From NCBI GenBank assembly GCA_965220745.1, contig CBDCQT010000010.1, forward strand, positions 320,001 to 384,000: a stretch of DNA of 64,000 nucleotides, given 5' to 3'. The translations under genes and the position numbers were made by a program. The notes under the pieces are model-generated. The model did not search any database. It had not been told where the DNA came from and worked only from the letters and a program-made list of their open reading frames with translations. Position 1 is the stretch's first letter; every line of letters begins with the position of its first letter. This DNA is from Alphaproteobacteria bacterium (GTDB taxonomy: Bacteria > Pseudomonadota > Alphaproteobacteria > UBA828). This document shows, one piece after another, positions 41,235 through 50,699 of the stretch.

Positions 41235-42057
41235 GCCGGCGCACCTTGGTATCGACGCGGTGGGCGCGGTGCTCGACCGCATCGGCCGCGCGGCGGTCGC
41301 GGTCAGCGGCGGGGTGGACAGCATGACGCTGGCGTTAATGGCCGGGCGCCGTCTGGGCGCAGAGAGCGCGATGTTCCACGCGGTATCGCCTGCGGTGCCG
41401 CCAGAGGCGACCGAGCGGGTGCGCGCCTTCGCCGCGCGTGAGGGGTGGCGGCTCACGGTCCTCGATGCGGGCGAGTTCGACGACCCCGCCTACCGCGCAA
41501 ACCCGGCCAACCGCTGCTTCTACTGCAAGACAAACCTCTACGGCGCGCTCGCCGCGCGGACCGACGCCACGCTGCTCTCGGGCACGAACCTGGACGATCT
41601 CGGCGACTGGCGGCCGGGGCTCAAGGCCGCCGAGGAGCACGGCGTGCGGCATCCCTTCGTCGAGGCGGGCATCGACAAGGCGGGGGTCCGCGCCATCGCG
41701 GCGGGCCTGGGCTTCGACGACTTGTCGCGGCTGCCGGCAGCGCCTTGTCTTTCCAGCCGCATCGAGACCGGGCTCCGCGTGGAGGCCGACGACCTCGCCT
41801 CGATCCACGCCGCCGAGCGCTACCTGGCACGGCAGCTGCGGCCGCTGGAACCCGAGACCGTGCGCTGCCGCAGGCGCAAGGCCGGCATCGTGATCGAGCT
41901 CGACGCGCCGACCCTCGATGCGCTGAGCGAGAGCCGCCGCGCTGCGCTCGGCGACACGGTCGCCGGCATGTTCGCCGCGGGCGATGAGGCCCAGCCGGTC
42001 AGCTTCGCGCCCTACCGGGTGGGCAGCGCCTTCCTGAGGCCCGCGCACCCGGCGTGA
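41227..42057 (+). CDS. larE: ATP-dependent sulfur transferase LarE
   Basis: PP-loop AVSGGVDS, NRCFYCK, GTNLDDLGDWRPG, PCLSSRI. Confidence 0.88.
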   Translation: MAEPAHLGIDAVGAVLDRIGRAAVAVSGGVDSMTLALMAGRRLGAESAMFHAVSPAVPPEATERVRAFAAREGWRLTVLDAGEFDDPAYRANPANRCFYCKTNLYGALAARTDATLLSGTNLDDLGDWRPGLKAAEEHGVRHPFVEAGIDKAGVRAIAAGLGFDDLSRLPAAPCLSSRIETGLRVEADDLASIHAAERYLARQLRPLEPETVRCRRRKAGIVIELDAPTLDALSESRRAALGDTVAGMFAAGDEAQPVSFAPYRVGSAFLRPAHPA

Positions 42058-42725
42058 GCACGCCCTCCGCCATCACCCTCGATCTCGAACGCCGCGCGCG
42101 CATCGGCATCGAGGAGGCCGTGCTCTGTGCGGGCAAGACGCCGGAGCAGCTGGCGGACATCCTCGTGCGGGCGGAGCAGGCGGAGCGGAGCCTGCTGTTG
42201 ACCCGTCTCGACGCGGCCCAGCGCGACACCTTGCCCGCCGCGCAGGCCGAGCGCATCGACTACGAGCCGCTGTCGCGCACCGGGGTCTTTGGCGCGGTCG
42301 CCGCACCTGCGGGCGAGACACGGGTCGCGATTGTCTCCGCCGGGACCTCGGACCAGCCGGTGTGCCGTGAGGCCGCCCGCACCCTCGCCTATCACGGCCA
42401 TGCCTCGGCGGAGATCGGCGACGTGGGGGTCGCGGGTCTCTGGCGGCTGATGGACCGGATCGACGAGATCCGCGCCTTCCCCATCGTCATCGTGGTCGCC
42501 GGCATGGACGCGGCACTGCCCTCGGTGGTGGGCGGGCTGGTGCCGGGCCTGGTGATCGCGGTGCCGACGTCCACCGGCTACGGCGTCGCCGAGGGTGGGG
42601 CCACGGCGATGGCGGCCATGCTCGCCTCCTGCGCGCCGGGGGTGACGGTGGTCAATATCGACAACGGCTACGGCGCCGCCTGCGCCGCGCTGCGGGCGCT
42701 CCTGCTGCTATCGCCGCAAACTTAA
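42054..42725 (+). CDS. larB: NaAD carboxylase/hydrolase LarB
   Basis: EEAVLCAGKT, SAGTSD, DVGVAGLWRL, VAGMDAALPSVVGG, PTSTGYG, SCAPG, VNIDNGYGAA. Confidence 0.92.
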   Translation: MSTPSAITLDLERRARIGIEEAVLCAGKTPEQLADILVRAEQAERSLLLTRLDAAQRDTLPAAQAERIDYEPLSRTGVFGAVAAPAGETRVAIVSAGTSDQPVCREAARTLAYHGHASAEIGDVGVAGLWRLMDRIDEIRAFPIVIVVAGMDAALPSVVGGLVPGLVIAVPTSTGYGVAEGGATAMAAMLASCAPGVTVVNIDNGYGAACAALRALLLLSPQT

Positions 42726-43525
42726 CCCACGAGCGCACGCGCGGCTGCGGTGCGCTCGTGCAGCCCGCGCAGCGCGGTCAGCTCGTCCTCAGTGGGCGTG
42801 GGGGTCTCGGACAGATCGTCAGCGACCTTGAGCGGCCAACCGGTGGCAGCCACCACATCGTCGAGCGCGACGCCCGGATGGGTGTGGGTGAGGACGAGCT
42901 CGCGGCTCTCGGGATGGGGTTCCAGCACGCCGAGGTCGGTGATGACCGTGCTGGGCCCGCGGCCGGGGAGGCCTGAGCGCTCGCGCCAGTCGCCGCCGGT
43001 CAGGTGGCCGGCCGAGGTCACGAACTCGACCTTCTCGACGAAGCCGCGCCGCGACTGGCGCATGATGACGAAGACCTCTCCGGCAAGCCCCGCGATCTCC
43101 GGCGCGCCGCCGGCGCCGGGAAGCCGCGTCCTGGGCTGCGCGTAATCGCCGATCACGGTCGTGTTGATGTTGCCGAAGCGGTCGATCTGCGCCGCGCCGA
43201 GGAAGCCCACGGTGATGCGCCCGCCCTGTAGCCAGTAGCGGAAGATTTCGGCGGTGGAGACCACGAAGTCGGCGGTCTCGGCGAGCTCGCTGTCGCCGAT
43301 GGAGAGCGGCAGAACGGCGGGCTTCGCGCCGACGGTGCCGGACTCGTAGATCAGCACGGCGTCCGGCGCGTGGCTGACGCGGGCGAGGTTGGCGGCGGCG
43401 CTCGGCAGGCCGATGCCCACGAAGCACACGGTGCCGTTGTCTATGAGCCGCGCCGCGGCGACGGTCATCATCTCGTCGGCGGTGAAGGGTTGCTCGGTCA
43501 TGGTCTCGGTCATGCGCGCCGTCAT
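42722..43525 (-). CDS. CoA-transferase beta subunit (GctB/CatJ-like)
   Basis: FVGIGLP, LIYESG, GAAQIDRFGNIN, RLPGAGGAPEI; start uncertain. Confidence 0.88.
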   Translation of the reverse strand: MTARMTETMTEQPFTADEMMTVAAARLIDNGTVCFVGIGLPSAAANLARVSHAPDAVLIYESGTVGAKPAVLPLSIGDSELAETADFVVSTAEIFRYWLQGGRITVGFLGAAQIDRFGNINTTVIGDYAQPRTRLPGAGGAPEIAGLAGEVFVIMRQSRRGFVEKVEFVTSAGHLTGGDWRERSGLPGRGPSTVITDLGVLEPHPESRELVLTHTHPGVALDDVVAATGWPLKVADDLSETPTPTEDELTALRGLHERTAAARALVG

Positions 43526-43658
43526 AGCCGGAACCACCCGCCCGATGGAAGGGTGAACCGGAGTGGGCGCGGCGCCGCCCTTGCCCGCACCCGGTCGTTA
43601 CGATAGGGAGACGGCCGAGCGGCGAGAGCGGCGCGCCGCGCACGGGGGACGAGGGGCG

Positions 43659-44639
43659 GTGGCGCTGCTCACGGTCGAAAACCTGACCAAGATATTCACG
43701 GTCGGCAAGGACGAGGACCTGATCGCGGTCAACAACGTCTCGTTCACGCTGGAGCGTGGCGAGACGCTGGGCCTGGTCGGCGAGAGCGGCTCGGGCAAGA
43801 CCACGGTCGGCCGTTGCGTGCTCCGGCTGATCGAGCCCACCGAGGGGCGCATCGCGCTCGGCGACCAGGAGATCAGCGAGCTCGACCCGGCGGGGCTCAG
43901 AGCGCTCCGGGCGCGGATGCAGCTGGTCTTCCAGGACCCTTTCGGCTCGCTTAATCCCAGACTCACCGTTTATCAAACCGTGGACGAGCCGCTGGCGCTG
44001 CACGGCGTGGGGCGGGCCGAGCGCAGACCCCGGGTCAGCGCGATGCTGGAGCGCGTGGGCCTCGGCCGCGAGGTCTTCACCTACTATCCGGCGGACCTCA
44101 CCGCGAGTGAGCAACAGCGCGTGGGGATCGCGCGGGCGCTGGTCACGGAGCCCGAGTTCGTGGTGCTCGACGAGCCCACCTCCATGCTCGACCCCTCGGC
44201 GCGGGCCGAGATTCTGGACCTGCTCAAGGCGATCCAGAACGAGACCGAGACCGCCTACATTTTCATCTCACACGACCTGACCTCGGTCGCGAAGATCAGC
44301 CATCGCATTGCGATCATGTACCTCGGCCACATCGTCGAGCATGCGCCAACCGAGATCATCATGGAGAGCCAGCGCCATCCCTATAGCCGTGCCCTGCTCT
44401 CCGCCGTCCTGTTCCCGGACCCGCACCGCCGGCCGGACCCCTACGTGATCGAGGGCGAGATCCCGACTGCGATCAACCCGAAGCCCGAGTGCCCGCTCTA
44501 CGGCCGCTGCCCGATCCGCGAAGACGCCTGCCGCGACGCGGTGCCGCCGCTGGTGGAGGTGGAGGCGGTGCACTACTCCGCCTGCCGGCGCTGGGACGAC
44601 GTGGCGGCCTCGATGGCGGACGCGCGCGGTGCTGCGTAG
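43659..44639 (+). CDS. oligopeptide/dipeptide-type ABC ATP-binding subunit (DppF-like)
   Basis: [27 protein letters not shown]-terminal Cys cluster; signature degenerate (LTASEQ). Confidence 0.9.
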   Translation: MALLTVENLTKIFTVGKDEDLIAVNNVSFTLERGETLGLVGESGSGKTTVGRCVLRLIEPTEGRIALGDQEISELDPAGLRALRARMQLVFQDPFGSLNPRLTVYQTVDEPLALHGVGRAERRPRVSAMLERVGLGREVFTYYPADLTASEQQRVGIARALVTEPEFVVLDEPTSMLDPSARAEILDLLKAIQNETETAYIFISHDLTSVAKISHRIAIMYLGHIVEHAPTEIIMESQRHPYSRALLSAVLFPDPHRRPDPYVIEGEIPTAINPKPECPLYGRCPIREDACRDAVPPLVEVEAVHYSACRRWDDVAASMADARGAA

Positions 44640-44807
44640 CGCATGGCCGGGTCTGATCCGCGGGCCTGGCGTCGGAATGCGCTCTCGGCAAAATTTGAAC
44701 GAGCGCTTGTTTCAATTTTCTTCTAATATCCGGCCGCGTGCCGCGACGCGCGCACCCGCGCGCGCGGGCCGACCCTGCGGCGCAGAGGGAGACTGAGGAG
44801 AGACGAC

Positions 44808-46475
44808 ATGACCTTGGGTGACATCACAAGACGCGGCCTCGCGGTCGCGGCCACGGCAGCGCTCGCCGCGCTGGTGGCAGCGGCGCCGCCGAAGCCGGCC
44901 GCCGCCAATCAGGACACGATGGTGATCGCCATCGGCGCCCTGCCGCAGGGCATCGACCTCGACAAGCATGTGAGCCCGCAGACCTGGAGCATGGGCGCGC
45001 AGGTGTTCGAGGACGGGATGAATTGGGAGTCGATCGACTTCCCCTTCTCGACCGGCGACGCCTGGGACCCCTCCACCATTCCGGGCTTCATGTATCCCGA
45101 CTACATGGGCCAGAAGACCTTGGTGCCGGGCATCATCGAGAAGTGCGAGATGGAGCCGGACGGCCTGCGCGCCGTCTATCACCTGCGCAAGGGCGTGATC
45201 TCGCCCTGGGGCAACGAGTTCACCGCCGACGACGTGCTGTGGCGGATCGAGCGCGGCAAGGCCACGCAGGCGATCAACAACTTCCTCGAGTTCCTGCTCA
45301 GCATGCCGGGTCAGACCATCGACCCGCCGGAGAGCGGCGGCTACACGAAGATCGACGATTATACCGTCGAGCTCACTTCGTCCCGGCCCATGCCGCTCGC
45401 CTGCAAGGGGCTGACCAACTACTACAACGCCTGGCTCGACAGCACCGAGATCATGAGCCACGCCACGGAGGAGGACCCCTGGGGCGACAAGTGGGTGGCG
45501 ACCAACGGCGGCGGCTTCGGCGGCTACCGGGTGACCGAATGGACCGCCGGCAAGCGGGTCGTCATGGAGGCCAACGAGAACTACTGGCGCGGTGCGCCGG
45601 AGATCAAGCGCATCATCTATCTGGTGGTGCCGGAATCGGCCAACCGCGTCGCACTGCTCAAGCAGGGCAAGGTGCACATGGCCGAGGGACTGTCGCCGGA
45701 CGAGATCGTGGCGCTCGCTGACGATCCGAACGCGCGCGGCGTTGCGGTACGCGGCAACCAATCCATGTGGATGATGATCAACAACACGCTGCCGCCCTAC
45801 GACAACGTGAAGGTGCGCCAGGCGATGAATCACCTCATCAACCAGGAGGCGATCATCCGCGACATCTACCACGGCATGATGAACGCGTGGCAGGGCGTGA
45901 TGCCGAGCACCTATCCGGGCTACGAGCAGCACATGAAGTACGACTTCAACCCGGAGAAGGCCAAGGCGCTGCTGGCCGAGGCGGGCTATCCCGACGGTTT
46001 CGACGCCGAGCTCTCGTTCGACGCGGCCGTGGCGGCGATGGAATCGATCGGCGTCCTGTTGCAGAGCGACTTCAAGAAGGCCGGCATCAACCTCTCGCTG
46101 AGGAAGCTGCCGACCGCTGCGAACTCGGACAACGTGATGAGCAAGCAGGGCTCGCTCGCGCTCTGGACGGACATGCCGATTCAACCCGACATCAACTACG
46201 CGCTGAAGCTGGTGTGGCCGACCAACGCGCTGGTCAACTACCACAACTTCTCCGACCCGCTGGTCGACCAGGTGCTGCAGGACGGCCAGGGCGTGGTGGA
46301 TGCGGAGGCGCGCATCTCGGCGCACGCCGGTATCCAGGAGCATATCCACGACCAGGCCCCGCTGGGCTGGATCGGCGAGCACTATTTCGCCGTCGGCCTC
46401 TCGCGCAAGGTCAGCAACTTCCGCTGGTACACGACTCAGTACTACCACGTGGCGGAAATGAGCATCGCCGACTGA
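44808..46475 (+). CDS. family 5 ABC solute-binding protein
   Basis: ITRRGL signal peptide; LRKGV...FTADDV; VRQAMN; PEKAKALLAEAGYPDGF. Confidence 0.9.
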   Translation: MTLGDITRRGLAVAATAALAALVAAAPPKPAAANQDTMVIAIGALPQGIDLDKHVSPQTWSMGAQVFEDGMNWESIDFPFSTGDAWDPSTIPGFMYPDYMGQKTLVPGIIEKCEMEPDGLRAVYHLRKGVISPWGNEFTADDVLWRIERGKATQAINNFLEFLLSMPGQTIDPPESGGYTKIDDYTVELTSSRPMPLACKGLTNYYNAWLDSTEIMSHATEEDPWGDKWVATNGGGFGGYRVTEWTAGKRVVMEANENYWRGAPEIKRIIYLVVPESANRVALLKQGKVHMAEGLSPDEIVALADDPNARGVAVRGNQSMWMMINNTLPPYDNVKVRQAMNHLINQEAIIRDIYHGMMNAWQGVMPSTYPGYEQHMKYDFNPEKAKALLAEAGYPDGFDAELSFDAAVAAMESIGVLLQSDFKKAGINLSLRKLPTAANSDNVMSKQGSLALWTDMPIQPDINYALKLVWPTNALVNYHNFSDPLVDQVLQDGQGVVDAEARISAHAGIQEHIHDQAPLGWIGEHYFAVGLSRKVSNFRWYTTQYYHVAEMSIAD

Positions 46476-46525
46476 TGGGGCTGCTGTAGAGCGTCCCTCG
46501 GGACGAGCGCCGATGAAGGCGCCCG

Positions 46526-46561
46526 GCCGGGGCGGCGGGTTCCCCCCGCCGCCCCGGCTTT
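46526..46561 (+). terminator. GC-rich hairpin after the solute-binding protein gene
   Basis: GCCGGGGCGGCGGG-N5-CCCGCCGCCCCGGC followed by TTT. Confidence 0.6.
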
Positions 46562-46635
46562 CGTACCGGCCCGTAGTCCCGGCGGCGCGTGACGCGTCTG
46601 CCGGGCGCAGCGGCGCGGGCTAGGCAGGCGCGGCC

Positions 46636-47691
46636 ATGCGGCTCGCACTCTATATCGGGCGCCGCTTTCTCTTCCTGATTCCCCAGGTCTTTCTGATCTC
46701 GTTCATCACCTTCGTGCTGGTGCGCTTGCTGCCGGGCGATCCGGCGCGCCTTTCGCTTGGGCCGCTCGCGCCCGAATCCTCGGTCGAGGCGCTGCGTGCC
46801 AAGATGTACCTGGACCGGCCGATCCCCGAGCAATACCTGATCTGGCTGGAGAACGCCTTTCAGGGCGATCTCGGCGAGTCCTGGGTCAACAACACCGAGG
46901 TGATTGACGATCTAGTTCACCGCATACCGGTGACCCTGGAGCTCATCTTCCTCGCGCTGCTCGTCGTCTTCGTGGTGCTGGTTCCGCTCGCGATCATCAC
47001 CGCGAGCCGCACCCGAAACTGGATCGTGCGGATATTCCAGAACCTTACCTTCGGCTACGGCATGCTGGCCGGCGCGCTGCCGGACTTCCTGCTCGGCCTG
47101 GTGCTGATCTTCTTCCTGTTCGCCGGTGCCGCGGGGCTGATGCCGGCGGAGATCCTGCCGGGCCCGGAGGGGCGGCTCGGCATCCTCGACTTCGAGCCGC
47201 CCTTCGTGACCGGCTCGATCCTGATCGACTCCTTGATCGCGGGCGACATGGAGATTTTCTGGTCGGGCTTCATGCACCTGATCATGCCGGTCTTCACGCT
47301 GGCCTTCGTCTATGGCGCGCCGATCTTCAAGATGCTGCGCAGCCAGATGGAAGGCGCGCTCAAGGCCGACTACACGACCTACGCGGAGGCCGTGGGTCTC
47401 GCGCCCCGGATCGTGCTCACGCGCGCCGCCCGTGTCGCCGCCGGCCCGACGCTGGTGATTACGGGCGTGGTGGTGATGTTCCTGCTGGGCGGCGCGGTCC
47501 TGGTCGAGCGGGTGTTCAACTACGTCGGGCTCGGCCAGTACGCGATCAACGGCATCGTCACCGCCGACTACGCGCCGATCCAGGGCTTCGTCTGCTTCGC
47601 CGCGATCTTCACGATGCTGGTCTATCTCGCCGTGGACCTGATCCACTTCGCGATGGACCCCCGCATCAAGATCGGCGGAACCCAGGCCTAG
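46636..47691 (+). CDS. ABC permease (DppB-like)
   Basis: LLPGDP, GDLGES, TLEL, VLVERVF..GLG, DPRI. Confidence 0.9.
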   Translation: MRLALYIGRRFLFLIPQVFLISFITFVLVRLLPGDPARLSLGPLAPESSVEALRAKMYLDRPIPEQYLIWLENAFQGDLGESWVNNTEVIDDLVHRIPVTLELIFLALLVVFVVLVPLAIITASRTRNWIVRIFQNLTFGYGMLAGALPDFLLGLVLIFFLFAGAAGLMPAEILPGPEGRLGILDFEPPFVTGSILIDSLIAGDMEIFWSGFMHLIMPVFTLAFVYGAPIFKMLRSQMEGALKADYTTYAEAVGLAPRIVLTRAARVAAGPTLVITGVVVMFLLGGAVLVERVFNYVGLGQYAINGIVTADYAPIQGFVCFAAIFTMLVYLAVDLIHFAMDPRIKIGGTQA

Positions 47692-47703
47692 AGGCCGCGC
47701 GGG

Positions 47704-49434
47704 ATGGTCTGGCTCCGCATCAAGCGCACGCTCCTGGCGCTGCCGAAATGGCAGCTCGCCGTGCTGGCGATGTTCTTTGGGTGGATCTTCCTCACCATCT
47801 TCGGCCCCTATCTCGCGCCCTTCCCCACCGAGGTCGCCGAGCCCACCACCCGCCTGCTGCCGCCCAGCGGCACGTACCCGTTCGGCACCGACGAGAACGG
47901 GATCGACATCTTCTCTCGCGTGCTGGCTGCACCCCGCACCGATGTGGTGATCGGCGTGGTCGCAACCGCGCTCTCAGTCGTGATCGGCACGCCGCTCGGC
48001 GTCATCGTCGCGCTTTACGAGAGTCGGGGCGGCGCGGGCTCCACCGCCTTCGCCGAGACCTTCATGCGGCTGCTGGAGGTGATCCAGTCCTTCCCCGTGT
48101 TCGTCTTCGCGATGGTGCTGGTGGCGGTCTTCGGCGGCAGCGTCACCAACATCATCATCGCCATCGCCTTCGTTAACACGCCCGTGTTCGTGCGCATCGT
48201 GCGCTCCGACGTGCTCTCTCTGGTGCAGCGCCCCTTCTCCGAGGCGGCACGCGCCGTCGGCAACCGCGAGGTGCGCATCGGCTTCCGTCACGTGCTGCCC
48301 AACGCGCTGCCGACGGTGATCGTGCAGGTCTCGGTCACGGTTGGCTTCGCCATCCTGCTCACGGCGGGGCTCAGCTTCGTCGGTGCCGGGGTCAAGCCGC
48401 CGACACCGGAGCTCGGCGCGATGATCGCCTCCGGCGCCAAGTACCTGGAGATCGGCCAATGGTGGGCCGCGTTCTTCCCCGGTATCGCGCTCGGGCTGAT
48501 CGTCTTCTCCTTCGGCATCTTCGGCGAGATCATGACCCAGGTGATGGAGCCGCGCGCGGTGAGGCGGGAGACCGACCGCCGCCGCGAGCACGCGCTGGAG
48601 ACAGGCGGCGACGAGCCCGAGGTGCCCGACGCCCCCACCGTCACCCTCTCGCATATGAGCGAGCCGGTGCTCGCGGTGGAGCATCTGGGCGTCGTCGCCG
48701 TCGACTCGCGCCAGCCGCTGCTAAGCGAGATCCATCTCGCGCTCGAGGCCGGCCACAGCATGGGGATCGTGGGCGAGTCCGGCTCGGGCAAGTCGGTGCT
48801 GGTGAAGGCGCTGCTGCAGCTGCTGCCGCCGGAGTTGGCCGTCACCTCAGGCTCGGTGCGCTACCTCGATCACGACCTGCTGACGATGAGCAAGGGCTCG
48901 ATGCGGGCGATGCGCACGACGCAGATCGCGGCGATCCTGCCGAACGCGAAGTCGCAGCTGAACCCGCTCACCAACGTCGGCGACATGCTGCGCAGCGCGT
49001 TGCAGGCGCACGAGAAGATCAGCGCGAAGGAGGCCGAGGTCCGCTCGATCCAGTTGCTGGAGATGGTGGGCATCGTCGATCCGGCGCAGCGGCTGAGCGC
49101 CTTCCCCCACGAGCTGAGCGGCGGCATGGCCCAGCGGGTGTGCCTCGCCATGGCGCTGATGTACCACCCCAAGCTGCTCATCGCGGACGAGCCGACGGCC
49201 GGGCTCGACGTGACGATCCAGCGCCAGGTGCTCGACCTCACCCGCACGCTCGCCGAGGACGCCGGCACCGCACGCCTGCTCATCACGGGCGACCTCGGGA
49301 TCGCCGCGCACTACTGCGACACGGTGGCGGTGATGCAGGCGGGCAGAATCGTCGAGATCGACGAGACCGAGCGCCTGTTCGACGCGCCGCGTCATCCCTA
49401 TACCCAGCACCTGCTGGACTGCGTCCGGGTATAG
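47704..49434 (+). CDS. fused ABC permease (DppC-like) and ATP-binding domain (DppD-like)
   Basis: FGTDENGIDIFSR, EAARAVG, HVLPN; then GESGSGKS, LSGGMAQR, IADEPT, HPYT. Confidence 0.9.
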   Translation: MVWLRIKRTLLALPKWQLAVLAMFFGWIFLTIFGPYLAPFPTEVAEPTTRLLPPSGTYPFGTDENGIDIFSRVLAAPRTDVVIGVVATALSVVIGTPLGVIVALYESRGGAGSTAFAETFMRLLEVIQSFPVFVFAMVLVAVFGGSVTNIIIAIAFVNTPVFVRIVRSDVLSLVQRPFSEAARAVGNREVRIGFRHVLPNALPTVIVQVSVTVGFAILLTAGLSFVGAGVKPPTPELGAMIASGAKYLEIGQWWAAFFPGIALGLIVFSFGIFGEIMTQVMEPRAVRRETDRRREHALETGGDEPEVPDAPTVTLSHMSEPVLAVEHLGVVAVDSRQPLLSEIHLALEAGHSMGIVGESGSGKSVLVKALLQLLPPELAVTSGSVRYLDHDLLTMSKGSMRAMRTTQIAAILPNAKSQLNPLTNVGDMLRSALQAHEKISAKEAEVRSIQLLEMVGIVDPAQRLSAFPHELSGGMAQRVCLAMALMYHPKLLIADEPTAGLDVTIQRQVLDLTRTLAEDAGTARLLITGDLGIAAHYCDTVAVMQAGRIVEIDETERLFDAPRHPYTQHLLDCVRV

Positions 49435-49482
49435 TCCGGCGGGCGCAACAGCGAGACGACAAGCGAAGCGCACGGGACGACC

Positions 49483-50676
49483 ATGACACGACATGTGGAG
49501 ATTGCCGGCGGCGGCTTCACCGGCCTCGCCCTGGGCACAGCGCTCGCGCAAGCAGGCTGGACGGCGCGGGTGCACGAGCGCACGGAGGAGATCCGCGCCT
49601 TCGGCGCCGGCATCTGGATCTGGGACAACGGCGTGCGGGTGCTCAAGGCCATCGGCGCGGCGGACGCAGCGCTGGAGGGCTGCACCGAGGCGCCGACCTA
49701 CATCAGCCGCGACGCCAAGGGCCGCTACATCGACGAGGTCCCTTTCGCACCGATCACCAGCACCGATCGCTCACGCATGTTCTGCATCACGCGCCAGCAG
49801 CTCCTGGCTGCGATCCTGGGCGCAGCCCAGCGCGCGGGCGTCGAGATCATCACCAGCTCGCAGGCGACGGGTGCGCGGCACGAGGGCGTGCTCATCACCG
49901 AGGGCGGGCGAGAGTGGCCGGCGGACCTGGTCATCGGCGCGGACGGGATCAACTCGAACGTGCGGGACTCGCTGGGCCTGCTGAAGAGCCGCAAGCCTCA
50001 TGTGGACGGCGCCATCCGCGTGCTCGTACCCCACGAGCCGGGCTACGCCGACACCGAGGAAGGCCGCACCATCCGCGAGTGGTGGAACGGCTATCGCCGG
50101 GTGCTCTACACGCCGTGCAACCGCGAGGTGTTCTACTTCTGCTTCACTATGCTCGCGCGGGATAAGGAGGCGGCCCAGATTCCCCTGCCGCGGGCGGTCT
50201 GGTCCGAGGCCTTCCCGCACATCGCATCAATGATCAGCCGGGTACCGGACGAGGGCCGCTACGACCGCTTCGAGACCATCAAGCTCAACGCCTGGAGCAA
50301 GGGCCGGGTGGCGATCGTGGGCGATTCGGCCCATGCCATGTCGCCGGGGCTCGGCCAGGGCTGTGGCACGGCGATCTCGAACGCCCTCTCGCTCGCCAAC
50401 ATGCTCCGCGAATCCGACGACATCGAGCGGGTGCTCGCGCGCTGGGAGGCACGGCAGCGGCCGATCTCCGAGCACACGCAGCTCTGGTCCACGATCACCT
50501 GGCCGCTCACGCTCTGGCCCCACTGGGCGGCGAAGCTTTATTTCAACATGCCGATTCTGCATCCCTGGGTGCTGAAGCAGCGGCGTAAGCCATCGGAGTT
50601 CCACGCCTACGGCACCGAGGACCAGGTGCGCTGGATGCCGCCGCACATGCGCACAGAGGCCGAGGCAGCCGCGTAG
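49483..50676 (+). CDS. FAD-dependent monooxygenase, MHPCO-like (hydroxypyridine-carboxylate ring-cleaving), copy 1
   Basis: EIAGGGFTGL, EIRAFGAGIWIWDNG, GADG, GDSAHAMSPGLGQG. Confidence 0.8.
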   Translation: MTRHVEIAGGGFTGLALGTALAQAGWTARVHERTEEIRAFGAGIWIWDNGVRVLKAIGAADAALEGCTEAPTYISRDAKGRYIDEVPFAPITSTDRSRMFCITRQQLLAAILGAAQRAGVEIITSSQATGARHEGVLITEGGREWPADLVIGADGINSNVRDSLGLLKSRKPHVDGAIRVLVPHEPGYADTEEGRTIREWWNGYRRVLYTPCNREVFYFCFTMLARDKEAAQIPLPRAVWSEAFPHIASMISRVPDEGRYDRFETIKLNAWSKGRVAIVGDSAHAMSPGLGQGCGTAISNALSLANMLRESDDIERVLARWEARQRPISEHTQLWSTITWPLTLWPHWAAKLYFNMPILHPWVLKQRRKPSEFHAYGTEDQVRWMPPHMRTEAEAAA

Positions 50677-50699
50677 GACGCGCGCGGCGCGGGCAGAGC

